Source: Anthoceros angustus (lineage: Eukaryota; Plantae; Anthocerotophyta). From it: a DNA stretch of 41,346 nt. Numbering within the stretch: the first letter of the stretch is position 1; every line of letters starts with the position of its first letter. Of this stretch, positions 14,111 to 23,912 are shown in pieces. A program made the translations under genes and the position numbers. The notes below the pieces were generated by a model. That model saw only the letters and a program-made list of their open reading frames with translations, did no database searches and was not told the origin of the DNA. The DNA lies in assembly GCA_010909165.1 (NCBI GenBank), contig VJWM01000357.1, positions 1 through 41,346 on the forward strand, in the 5' to 3' direction.

Positions 14111-14509
14111 TTTTTGGTTCTCGCCTAAGTGCCATGATACATCCGCCACGATCCGCATAATTAATCCAACTTCATTCCACCTCATCAATATATAGGCCAA
14201 ACAAGTTTGAGAAGATGGATTCCATGGCATCACCATATTGCTAGGTAAATCCAAGAGGCATGCCATGAGGTAGTGCAGTCAAAAGCAGCATGGGACTCAT
14301 ATTACAAGGTAATCAAGAGGCATGCCACGAGGGCACCGCTGATCTCCAAACGAAAACCTAATATTCCTGAACAAAATCATACTTGGAAGTAATTGTCGCA
14401 TGAAAAGGGCCACCATCCCTGCGACCGCCGGAAAAGAGGGGCACCGTGACGCGAGGGGTGTGGAGGGTGGAAGCAATGTGAGGTATATGGCATGTGCAAC
14501 AGGAGAAGG

Positions 14510-14614
14510 AGCGGCCATGCTGGGGCAACGACACCGGATCCCATCGAACTCCGCAGTAAGCCTTGGGCCGGATCAAGATCGGATGGGTGACCTCCGGAAG
14601 TCCTGGTGCTGCAC
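14510..14614 (+). rRNA. 5S: 5S rRNA gene copy 10
   Basis: CACCGGATCCCATCGAACTCCGCAGTAAG..GGATGGGTGACCTCCGGAAGTCCTGGTGCTGCAC then TTTT. Confidence 0.88.
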
Positions 14615-15415
14615 TTTTCTATAAAATTCCTTTTATTTTAAGCTACCTCATAATAGCGCAAATTTCATTCTAGTCTCTATATATGTGTCGGATCATGACA
14701 AAAATCCGTCCTTAGTGGACTTAAATAAAATTCTTCTTCTTCTTCTTCTAGAGAGAGTTAAACTCTTCTTTCTCGTCTCCAATTTTATGCATGCTAACAA
14801 GCAGAACAACGACAATTTACTTTATTTAAGTCCACTAAGGACGGATTTCGCCATGGCACTCATTTGATAGAGTTACACTAAGGGCATTATGACAATTAAC
14901 CGCTATTCGAGTCTCGCTTGAAACTAGTGTGAAGCACAATCAAATATCCGGCAGTTGAAAAGTTGAATATGTTGCTCTTATTTCCCACATTTGTTTCAAG
15001 CAACCTCCGCAATAATAGGGTGAAAAGAGAAAACCCACCCCAAAGTGAAGACCAAGTCGTAAATAGATTGATAAACATCATGAATGGGATGAGGAACACA
15101 AAGTGTTCTTCGCCTCAACACCCTTGTTGCATAACTGCAAATTCTGGACTTTTCGGCTTTGGATGTAGCCATCTATCGCCTCAATCGAGACTTGAGACCC
15201 AACACGAAGATGACCCGTAATCATCCTCATTAGGCTTGAAAGACACATGGGTGCTAAGATAGAGAGGAAGCATGTGTCCAGACTTGGAAACGATGCGAAA
15301 ACCTTTGTAGGTCTTCACTTAGTGGGTAAGGGAGAGAGAGGAGACTGTATAGGACAAATAGGTAGTCAACAACAAAGGTAGGCAAATAGGTAGTCAAATA
15401 GGTAGGCATAGCTCA

Positions 15416-15603
15416 CCAAACCAAACCAAACCAAACCAAACCAAACCAAACCAAACCAAACCAAACCAAACCAAACCAAACCAAACCAAACCAAACCAAA
15501 CTAAACCAAACCAAACCAAACCAAACCAAACCAAACCAAACCAAACCAAACCAAACCAAACCAAACCAAACCAAACCAAACCAAACCAAACCAAACTAAA
15601 CCC
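15416..15603 (+). repeat. (CCAAA)n tract, unit 10 (shortest, nearly pure)
   Basis: Direct reading. Confidence 0.97.
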
Positions 15604-16026
15604 TTTTTGGCACTCTACGGCCTCGCTAAGTGCCATGATACATCCGCCACGATCCGCACCCGCAATCCAACTTCATTCCACCTCATCAATATATAGGCCA
15701 AACAAGTTTGGAGAAGATGGATTCCATGGCATCACCATATTGCTAGGTAAATCCAAGAGGCATGCCATGAGGTAGTGCAGCAGCATGGCGACTTATATTA
15801 CAAGGTAATCAAGAGGCATGCCACGAGGGCACCGCTGATCTCCAAACGAAAACCTAATATTCCAAAGGAACAAAATCATACTTGGAAGTAATTGTCGCAT
15901 GAAAAGGGCCACCATCCTGCGACCGCCCGCGCGAGAAAAGAGGGGCACCGTGACGTGCGAGGGCCGCGCGCGTGTGGAGGGTGGAAGCAATGTGAGGTAT
16001 ATGGCATGTGCAACAGGAGAAGGAGC

Positions 16027-16133
16027 GTGGCGCGGTCCCCAGGGCAACGACACCGGATCCCATCAGAACTGCAGTTAAGCGCCCTTGGGCCGGATCAAGA
16101 TCGATGGGTGACCTCCGGAAGTCCTGGTGCACC
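16027..16133 (+). rRNA. 5S: 5S rRNA gene copy 11
   Basis: CCAGGGCAACGACACCGGATCCCATCAGAACT-GCAGTTAAGCGCCCTTGGGCCGGA..GGGTGACCTCCGGAAGTCCTGGTG. Confidence 0.9.
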
Positions 16134-16212
16134 TTTTCTATAAAATTCCTTTTATTTTAAGCTACGCCAGCCTCATAATAGCAGTTAAATTTCATTCTAG
16201 TCTCTATATATG

Positions 16213-16424
16213 TGTCGGATCAGTGCCATGACAAAAATCCGTCCTTAGTGGACTTAAATAAAATTCTTCTTCTTCTTCTTCTTCTTCTAGAGAGAGTTCT
16301 TTGCAAACTCTTCTTTCCCCTTTTCGGTCTCCAATTTTATGCATGCTAACAAATATAGAACAACGACAATTTACTTTATTTAAGTCCACTAAGGACGGAT
16401 TTCCGTCATGGCACTCATTTGATA
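16213..16424. repeat. Spacer foldback: ~41-bp inverted repeat (extendable to ~50 bp) around a 112-nt (CTT)n-containing loop; example from unit 11, present in all units
   Basis: Left arm 16222-16262 AGTGCCATGAC-AA-AAATCCGTCCTTAGTGGACTTAAATAAA is the reverse complement of right arm 16375-16415, with 2 mismatches. Confidence 0.92.
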
Positions 16425-16969
16425 GAGTTACACTAAGGGCATTATGACAATTAACCGCTATTCGAGTCTCGCTTGAAACTAGTGTGAAGCACAATCAAAT
16501 ATCCGTGTTGAAAAGTTGAATATGTTGCGCTCTTATTTCCACATTTGTTTCAAGCAACCTCGCAATAATAGGGTGAAAAGAGAAAAACCCACCCCAAAGT
16601 GAAGACCAAGTCGTAAATAGATTGATAAACATCATGAATGGGACGGAGGAACACAAAGTGTTCTTGATCTCAACACCCTTGTTGCATAACTGCAAATTGG
16701 ACTCCTTTTGCGGCTTTGGATGTAGCCATCTATCGCCTCAATCCGGCGGTGAGACCCAACACGAAGATGACCCGTAATCATCCTCATTAGGCTTGAAAGA
16801 CACATGGGTGCTAAGATAGAGAGGAAGCTGTGTTTCCCGGACTTGGAAACGATGCAAAAACTGCTTGTAGGTCTTCACAGTGGGTAAGGGAGAGAGGAGA
16901 CCGGTATAGGACAAATAGGTAGTCAACAACGGTAGGCAAATAGGTAGTCAAATAGGTAGGCATAGCTCA

Positions 16970-17479
16970 CCAAACCAAACCAAACCCCAAACCAAACCAA
17001 ACCAAATAAACCAAATAAACCCCAAACCAAATAAACCAAACCAAACCAAACCAAACCCCCTAAACCAAACCCCAAACCAAACCAACCAAACCCCAAACCA
17101 ACCAAACCAAACCAAACCACCAAACTAAACCAAACCAAACCAAACCAAACCAAACCAAACCAAACCAAACCAAACCAAACCAACCAAACCAAACCAAACC
17201 AAACCAAACTAAACCAAACCAAACCAAACCAAACCAAATAAACCAAACTAAACCAAACCAAACCAAACTAAACCAAACCAAACCAAACCAAACCAAACCA
17301 AACCAAACCAAACCAACCAAACCAAACCAAACTAAACCAAACCAAACCAAACCAAACCAAACCAAACCAAACCAAACCAAACCAAACCAAACCAAACCAA
17401 ACCAAACCAAACCAAACCAAACTAAACCAAACCAAACCAAACCAAACCAAACCAAACCAAACCAAACCAAACTAAACCC
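16970..17479 (+). repeat. (CCAAA)n tract, unit 11 (longest)
   Basis: Direct reading. Confidence 0.97.
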
Positions 17480-17865
17480 TTTTTGGCACTCTACGGCCTC
17501 GCCCAAGTGCCATGATACATCCGCCACGATCCGCACACCGCAATCCAACTTCATTCCACCTCATCAATATATAGGCCAAACAAGTTTGGAGAAGATGGAT
17601 TCCATGGCGTATCACCATATTGCTAGGTAAATCCAAGAGGCATGCCATGAGGTAGTCAAAAGAAGCATGACTCCCATATTACAAGGTAAATCAAGAGGCA
17701 TGCCACGAGGCACCGATCTCCAAACGAAAACCTAATATTCCATGAACAAAATCATACTTGGAAGTAATTGTCGCATGAAAAGGGCCACCATCCCCTCACA
17801 TCACCGAGAAAAGAGGGGCACCGTGACGTGCGAGGCCGCGCGTGGAGGGTGGAAGCAATGTGAGG

Positions 17866-17870
17866 TATAT
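17866..17870 (+). promoter_or_regulatory. TATA-like element about -29 from the 5S start (example; present in most units)
   Basis: GGTATATGGC lies ~29 nt upstream of the 5S start, matching the known upstream TATA of plant 5S genes. Confidence 0.75.
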
Positions 17871-17893
17871 GGCATGTGCAACAGGAGAAGGAG

Positions 17894-18003
17894 CCAGCGG
17901 TACCGGGCAACGACACCGGATCCCATCAGAACTGCAGTTAAGCGCCCTTGGGCCGGATCAGTACTGGGATGGGTGACCTCCGGGAAGTCCTGGTGCTGCA
18001 CCC
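17894..18003 (+). rRNA. 5S: 5S rRNA gene copy 12 (best preserved)
   Basis: CACCGGATCCCATCAGAACTGCAGTTAAGCGCCCTTGGGCCGGATCAGTACTGGGATGGGTGACCTCCGGGAAGTCCTGGTGCTGCACCC aligns nearly position-for-position with plant 5S, including box A and box C. Confidence 0.93.
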
Positions 18004-18007
18004 TTTT
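18004..18007 (+). terminator. Pol III oligo-T terminator after 5S (example)
   Basis: TTTT directly follows GCACCC, with further T runs ~15-25 nt downstream; seen in most units. Confidence 0.75.
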
Positions 18008-18761
18008 CTATAAAATTCCTTTTATTTTAAGCTACGCCAGCCTCATAATAGCAGTTAAATTTCATTCTAGTCTCTATATATGTGTCGGATCGCCATGAAA
18101 AATCCGTCCTTAGTGGACTTAAATAAAATTCTTCTTCTTCTTCTTCTTCTAGAGAGAGTTCTTTGCAAACTCTTCTTTCCCCTTTTCGTCTCCAATTTTA
18201 TGCATGCTAACAATCGCATAGAACAACGACAATTTACTTTATTTTAAGTCCACTAAGGACGGATTCCATGGCACTCATTTGATAGAGTTACACGGGCATT
18301 ATGACAATTAACCGCTATTCAGTCTCGCTTGAAACTAGTGCCGAAGCACAATCAAATATCCGCAGTTGAAAAGTTGAATATGTTGCTTATTTCCCACATT
18401 TGTTTCAAGCAACCTCCGCAATAATAGGGTCGAAAAGAGAAAACCCACCCCAAAGTGAAGACCAAGTCGTAAATAGATTGATAAACATCATGAATGGGAT
18501 TGAGGAACACAAAGTGTTCTTCGCCTCAACACCCTTGTTGCATAACTGCAAATTGGACTCCTTTTGGCTTTGGATGTAGCCATCTATCGCCTCAATCGAG
18601 TGAGACCCAACACGAAGATGACCCGTAATCATCCTCATTAGGCTTGAAAGACACATGCGAAGATAGAGAGGAAGCACTCGCGATCAACCTACCCACTAGT
18701 GGGTGGAGAAAAGACTTACAAATTGAAACTGGCTGTGTCAGTGGATCTCATCTCCTAAACT

Positions 18762-19136
18762 CCCCCCCCCCAAACCAAACCAAACCAATCCAACCCCCTC
18801 CAAACCAAACCAAACCAAACCAAACCAAACCAATCCAAACCAAACCAAACCAAACCAATCCAAACCAAACCAAATAAAATAAATCCAAACCAAACCAAAC
18901 TCAAACCAAATAAACCAGTACCAAACCAACCAAACCAATCCAAACCAAACCAAACCAAACCAAACCAAACCAAAAACCAAACCAAACCAACCAAACCAAA
19001 CCAAACCAAACCAAACCAAACCAACCAAACCAAACTAAACAACAAACCAAACCAAACAACAAACCAAACTAAACCAAACCAAACCAAACCAAACCAAACC
19101 AAATAAACCAAACCAAACCAAACTAAACCAAACCCC
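18762..19136 (+). repeat. (CCAAA)n tract, unit 12
   Basis: Direct reading; many variant pentamers. Confidence 0.95.
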
Positions 19137-20399
19137 TTTTTTGGCACTCTACGGCCTCTATGCCATGATACATCCGCCACGATCCGCACACCGCAATCCA
19201 ACTTCATTCCACCTCATCAATATATAGGCCAAACAAGTTTGGAGAAGATGGATTCCATGGCGTACTACCATATTGCTAGGTAAATCCAAGAGGCATGCCA
19301 TGAGGTAGTGCAAAAGCAGCATGGCGGACTTATATTACAAGGTAATCAAGAGGCATGCCACGAGGGCACCGCTGATCTCCAAACGAAAAACCTAATATTC
19401 CAGTGAACAAAATCATACTTGGAAGTAATTGTCGTGCATGAAAAAGGGCCACCATCCCCTGCGACCGCCCGCGCGCGCTACGGCGAAGGCTAAGGCTAAG
19501 GCTTTGTATATATGCTTCTAAGTCATGGACACCCATCCCAGGTATGATTGGAGACAAGGACGCTTAACCTCGACGTTCTCTTGCGTTCGTGGATAGCTGC
19601 ACTATTGTGGTACCCTGGTGAGGGAAAGAAGTTTGCTGTATTTGTAACACTTCTTCATTAACGTCGACGCCCACAGAGCCAATGGCTCAATCGTAAGTTT
19701 CTTACGCCTTTGTGCATAATCGCGTTTCATCCATTAGCACGAATTGCGTCGTCAGATTTATGATTCACGATCAAGGGAGTCCCAAGTGGTGATCTCTAAT
19801 ATCCATCTATGGGGTATAGCCGACACGACGCCAGCTGAGTGAGAGCCTGCTTGTCTCATAAGAACTCAGAAGTGAGTGACCGCTTCAGAGCCTGGGGTGC
19901 CCCCAATATCAAGTGGAAGACGAGAACGTGCTACACATCTATGCACTCAACAAAATAGTCAGCGACCTGATTCTCGTAGGAAGAAACTCGCTACACCTCA
20001 AGTTCCCCGGAAGGGAATCACTCTCTGCAAACAGAAACGTTGACAGTTACCAGTTGCGGGACGAAAAGGACAGCATTGCCATGCAAACAAGGGACGTGGT
20101 AAGATGTGGCATTCCACAGAAACGAACAGAGTCAAAACCAAAAACACGCGAGGCGATGACTCAGATTATGGGTGGTGATCTATTAGAATTGTCGGCACGG
20201 GTTCAAGGACAATCATGAGCTGGAGAGAGAGGAAAGAGAACGGGAATGGGAAGGATGCCCCGGGTGACCGGCGAGGTGAACTATCGAATTGAGGTCGTGT
20301 GTGAACTTTGCATCGGTTCGTATGGCTTCTGCTTGGCGTGGCCCTGGAGAGGCATTCCATGAGGTTGACGTATCCTTGGCAAGTCATTCCACGTTTGCT

Positions 20400-21990
20400 C
20401 CCTGCATATATGCTGGGATGTAAGCACGGTTTTACTTTCATAGGTCAGTACGATGCTGCGTTACCTGGCGCAGGTGTTTCAGGGAAACACGTGTCGTTTA
20501 GATGTGCCATCTTGGAATGCCATGTTCTTGGGGTACCACCAGATAAAGTTATGGTGAGGAGGCTGCTGCTGTTCTGGTCAAGGATGCAAGACAAGGGTCA
20601 AGGGTGCAAGACATGGGTCAAGGATGCAAGAGAAGGGTCAAGTTCCGAATGAGACAACATGTGCTGGTGAGATCCACCGACGCAGATGTTAGTCACAACA
20701 AAACTTGGATGTGATTTGTAGGAAGGAAACACGCTTGTGGATGCGTATGCAAAATGTGGGGACCTCCAGGAATGAGTCAAATGCTTGAATACTTGCCTCT
20801 CAAAAATACTGTGGTCCCGGGGCACACCATGATCTTGGGGTATACCTCCCATATCCACAAGGCTGAACAGGAAGTCTGCTCCTGTACTCACAGATGCAGC
20901 AGGAAGGTGTGGTCCCGAGTTACCGCACATATGCTGGTGTCCTTAAAGCTTGCCGTAGCCTGGCAGCATGGGGTGGGCGAAATGGTGGGCCTGCACTTGG
21001 AACAAGTGTGAGAGAGCAATGCCTGCGGACTGTGAAAGCTGTCCATTCGGATGTTGTGAAGGGTAAGTGCAAGTCGGACGTGTTTGTGGCCAACATGCTT
21101 GTGGATGCATACTCAAAGTGTGGAAGTGTAGAAGATGCTAGACAGGTGTTTGATAACATGCCTGTCCGTAGATGTGGGGATGGGTTGACGTTCCTCCAAA
21201 TCCGAACAGAGCTTGCCTGATGGTACTAGCTTTCGCAGGCCTCAGATCCGGAAGGTGCGTAACGGCTGGAACCGTTAGCAAGCTGTGACACAGGGGGCAA
21301 GCGTGGCGCCAGGTGGCCAGATATTTGTGCCAACCCTGCTATCGATTTCGTCCATGGTTCGGTGGATATGTATGCAAGTTTGGCAGCTTAGAAGACGCTC
21401 GAAGAGTATTTGAAGGACTTGATTAAAGATGAGGTGACTTGGAGTGCTGTAATCTCGGGGTATTCCCTGCAGGGCATGGGCCAGGAAGTCTTCTCTGTAC
21501 AGGGCTATGCAATTTAAGGACTTCCTGGTCCGCACCCAAATGTGGGGCATTTGTTTGCGTTCTGCAGGTATGTTCACGTGTGAGCTCTCCTTCTTTGGAG
21601 ATGGGGAAACAGGTTCACACGAGTCACAGAACGAGGCGTTGCATCATCCTGATGTGTGTTTTGGACAACAGTTTGGTAGATATGTATGCGAAGTGTGGAA
21701 GCTTGGAACTTGCAGAGAGAGTGTTTCACAAGAAGAGGGCATCGCTGTACCCAACTCCATGATTTTTGTATGCCTCCTGCAGGCATGTTCAGATGTTTCA
21801 GCTTTGGTAAGGGAGCTACCTGCACGCATAGAAGAAATAGGCCTTAAATGTTTTGCTCGTTGGCAGTCTAAAAGACATGTATGGGAAGTAGGGGAGCATG
21901 TGTGATGCACAGCTGGTGTTTGAGGCATTGCCTGATGTGCCCTGGAACGCCCTCATTGCAGGAAACAGCGTCTAAGGAGACAACCAAGAC
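20400..21990 (+). pseudogene. PLS-class pentatricopeptide repeat (PPR) pseudogene or frameshifted gene
   Basis: Typical motifs spread over several frames with stops: SWNAMFLGY, GNTLVDAYAKCGDL, MQQEGVVPSYRTYAGVLKAC, VFVANMLVDAYSKCGSVEDARQVFDNM, VTWSAVISGY, NSLVDMYAKCGSLELAERVF, PWNALIAG. Confidence 0.9.
20576..20642 (+). repeat. 20-bp tandem repeat x3.3 (GGTCAAGGATGCAAGACAAG) inside the PPR remnant
   Basis: Direct reading; unit length is not a multiple of 3. Confidence 0.85.
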
Positions 21991-22469
21991 TTCTTTACAG
22001 CCCAGATTTTTTTTTTAATTTGGTATTTTGAAAATAAATCAAAACAACCTCGGGGGAGAAATCTTGAGCAAGGGTTCTGATTCCCCTATGTTACACATCG
22101 TATCATCCCAACAGGAAGAGACTATACTCTACAGCCTCTACAGCCCAGATGGCAGGACTTTCTGTTGTGTAGTATCGGTATGCTGCCAGTCCTACAAGTC
22201 TGCTGTACGAAGGGCGTGGAGGGATTATTATCTTTGTACTGTAAAAATTTGTCCAGAGGTTGTCAATTAGCGTTTTTGCTCTAGCATTTATATAAGAAAC
22301 TAGTGAGAATAGTACGCCCCAGGAGTCGGTCTTATCTGTCATCTCTATGCTGTATGCCTCTGGTGCCGGAGGGGCAAGAGGAAGGAAAATATTATTTCTA
22401 TTAAAGTCCATCAAGGACGGCATTTCCGTCATAGGACTTGTACTTCGGTAGCTTGAATCCTTGCTAGAA

Positions 22470-22615
22470 TTGCTAGGTACAACTTGCTGAGCTCCGTTCT
22501 ACGGCTAGCCCAACTTACTACATACAGCTTGCAGAGCAACGAAGCTTAGCTGCAGCGAAGGCTGGCCCAACTTGCTAGGTACGAACTTGCAGAACAACGG
22601 AGCTTAAGCTTCAGC
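22470..22615. repeat. Degenerate ~57-bp tandem duplication with a partial third copy
   Basis: GGCTAGCCCAACTT..CTTGCAGAGCAACGAAGCTT at 22503 and GGCTGGCCCAACTT..CTTGCAGAACAACGGAGCTT at 22560. Confidence 0.75.
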
Positions 22616-22833
22616 CCTCTATTAGATCCAGTCTTCCTTCTCGGGTTTCCTTTCGCTTTTTCATGCCTGCTATCTACTTGGGGGCGATTCAATCAAAATC
22701 AAACCCTCTCTAGAAGATATAATAGTTATATGATCGAGATCGACGATGTTCGCAGCATCTACATAGTGTGCACCTTCGACATTGCGTTATGTCTGACACT
22801 AGGCTTCGGTTTTTCTCACGGTTCGATTGAAGG

Positions 22834-23912
22834 CTAACTGGGATCCGTAATGAACTTGAAGATGACATGTGTCCAGGAAGTGTGGTGAATCAAATGGTCG
22901 TAAAATTCAGGGGCAATTTGGCGCACCCTGTGGAGCCTGCAGCCGGGGATTCTGGGAAAATCGTGGTGCTCGTTGTGGTAGCCAACATTCCAAGCCAGGA
23001 TGTTTAGAGGCCCGTAGTAGGAATACGTCTCCTGGCCATGGGCAACCACATAGTGCTCGGATATGAAGTGGCCGGCAATAGGATGCATTCCGCTTCCAAA
23101 GAACGTGGACAGCATGAGATACACGAGGGACCGCCACCCGGAGTAGTAGAGCAACCAGACGTCGAAAGCCAGCTGCGTACACAGGTTGGCCGCCTCCCCC
23201 GGTCTCTTCGGGTTCAAGAAGAGCGCCCGCGAGCCGTACACAAGAATCTGGAGGTTTACCCACAGCACCTTCATGAGCACGTTGCTCACCATCCTGCCCT
23301 CGGCGTAGCTCGGGATATCCATATCCTGGCCTTCGATCCCTGTGTATCTGTGATGCTCCAGATGGTACTTTTGGAACGTGACCGCAATTGGGATGCCGAT
23401 GGGAAAGTTGGCAAGCAGTGCTAGCACTCGGTTGCCTAAGGGAGTCACAAACGCCAGATTGTGGCTCAATTCGTGTATTCCAAGAAACAGGTTGTGGTTC
23501 AGAAACGCTCCGAACATGTAAGCTAGGGCAATCAACGCGGGCCAGCTCGCGTTTTGGCAGGCAATCGCAGTCCATACTTGCAGAAGAAACACAGCCAGGA
23601 TCTGCGCAAACCGGACTCCAGCAGTATCAATTTAGATCCGTGCCGTTTGATACGAAAATTGAACCATTTCGTGGAGTCATGCAACCGCTCCAAGCCCTTA
23701 TTAGTTCTCAAGCACAATCAGCATGCACAGAGTTGGAATCCAACCGAGTGGAGGATTTAAGCCCAGGTCGTCACCTGCGGACAAGTCCAGGGGTCCGGGC
23801 CGAAGAGCTCCTTGATCTCAGGGTGCGCAGCCAGAATCTGCTTGCGCCTGGAGGCATGCGGCTCATCGGTCTCAGTCCAGAGGAAATCGTCGCTCGCTGG
23901 CTGAAACACCAT
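22834..23912 (-). CDS. DES1: Sphingolipid delta-4 desaturase (DES1/DEGS-like); exon 1 23912-23775, GT-AG intron 23774-23602, exon 2 23601-22834
   Basis: Exon 1 gives [46 protein letters not shown] (Lipid_DES-type N-terminus). It splices in frame to [10 protein letters not shown]. His boxes HELSH, HLEHH and HNEHH and the motif [10 protein letters not shown] are present. The C-terminus looks frameshifted (see findings). Confidence 0.95.

Larger units (their letters stand above)
1..19476 (+). repeat. Tandem 5S rDNA array (12 5S genes plus a final unit truncated before its gene), period ~1.46-1.87 kb
   Basis: The same order recurs: TATAT, 5S, oligo-T, foldback with (CTT)n loop, AT-rich spacer, (CCAAA)n, conserved block, GC-rich block. 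5S starts are near 33, 1819, 3361, 4968, 6533, 7993, 9549, 11224, 12911, 14510, 16027 and 17894. Confidence 0.95.

Noticed and set aside
13622-14266. Recurrent spacer peptides such as MACLLDLPSNMVMPWNPSSQTCLAYILMRWNEVGL and MFINLFTTW
   Set aside because: They recur only because the spacer is repeated; frames differ between units and no domain is recognisable.
898-19136. CCAAA tracts as a telomere
   Set aside because: They are internal, bounded at fixed spacer positions, and differ from TTTAGGG; at most telomere-like.
708-19207. Many long ORFs of (LVWFG)n and (PNQTK)n
   Set aside because: They are translations of the stop-free (CCAAA)n tract and appear in several frames on both strands.
1-19476. 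Cassandra TRIM tandem array (5S-containing LTRs)
   Set aside because: The 5S has both ends, an upstream TATA and an oligo-T terminator. No TGGTATCAGAGC PBS or TG..CA LTR structure is visible in the unit.
1-19476. CRISPR array, or linked snRNA/35S genes in the spacer
   Set aside because: There are no unique spacers or cas genes, and I found no U1/U2/U6, 18S, 5.8S or 26S motif by eye.
19913-20218. 101-aa ORF just right of the array
   Set aside because: Non-ATG start and no recognisable motif. Exon-like AG/GT segments on the minus strand could not be built into a gene.
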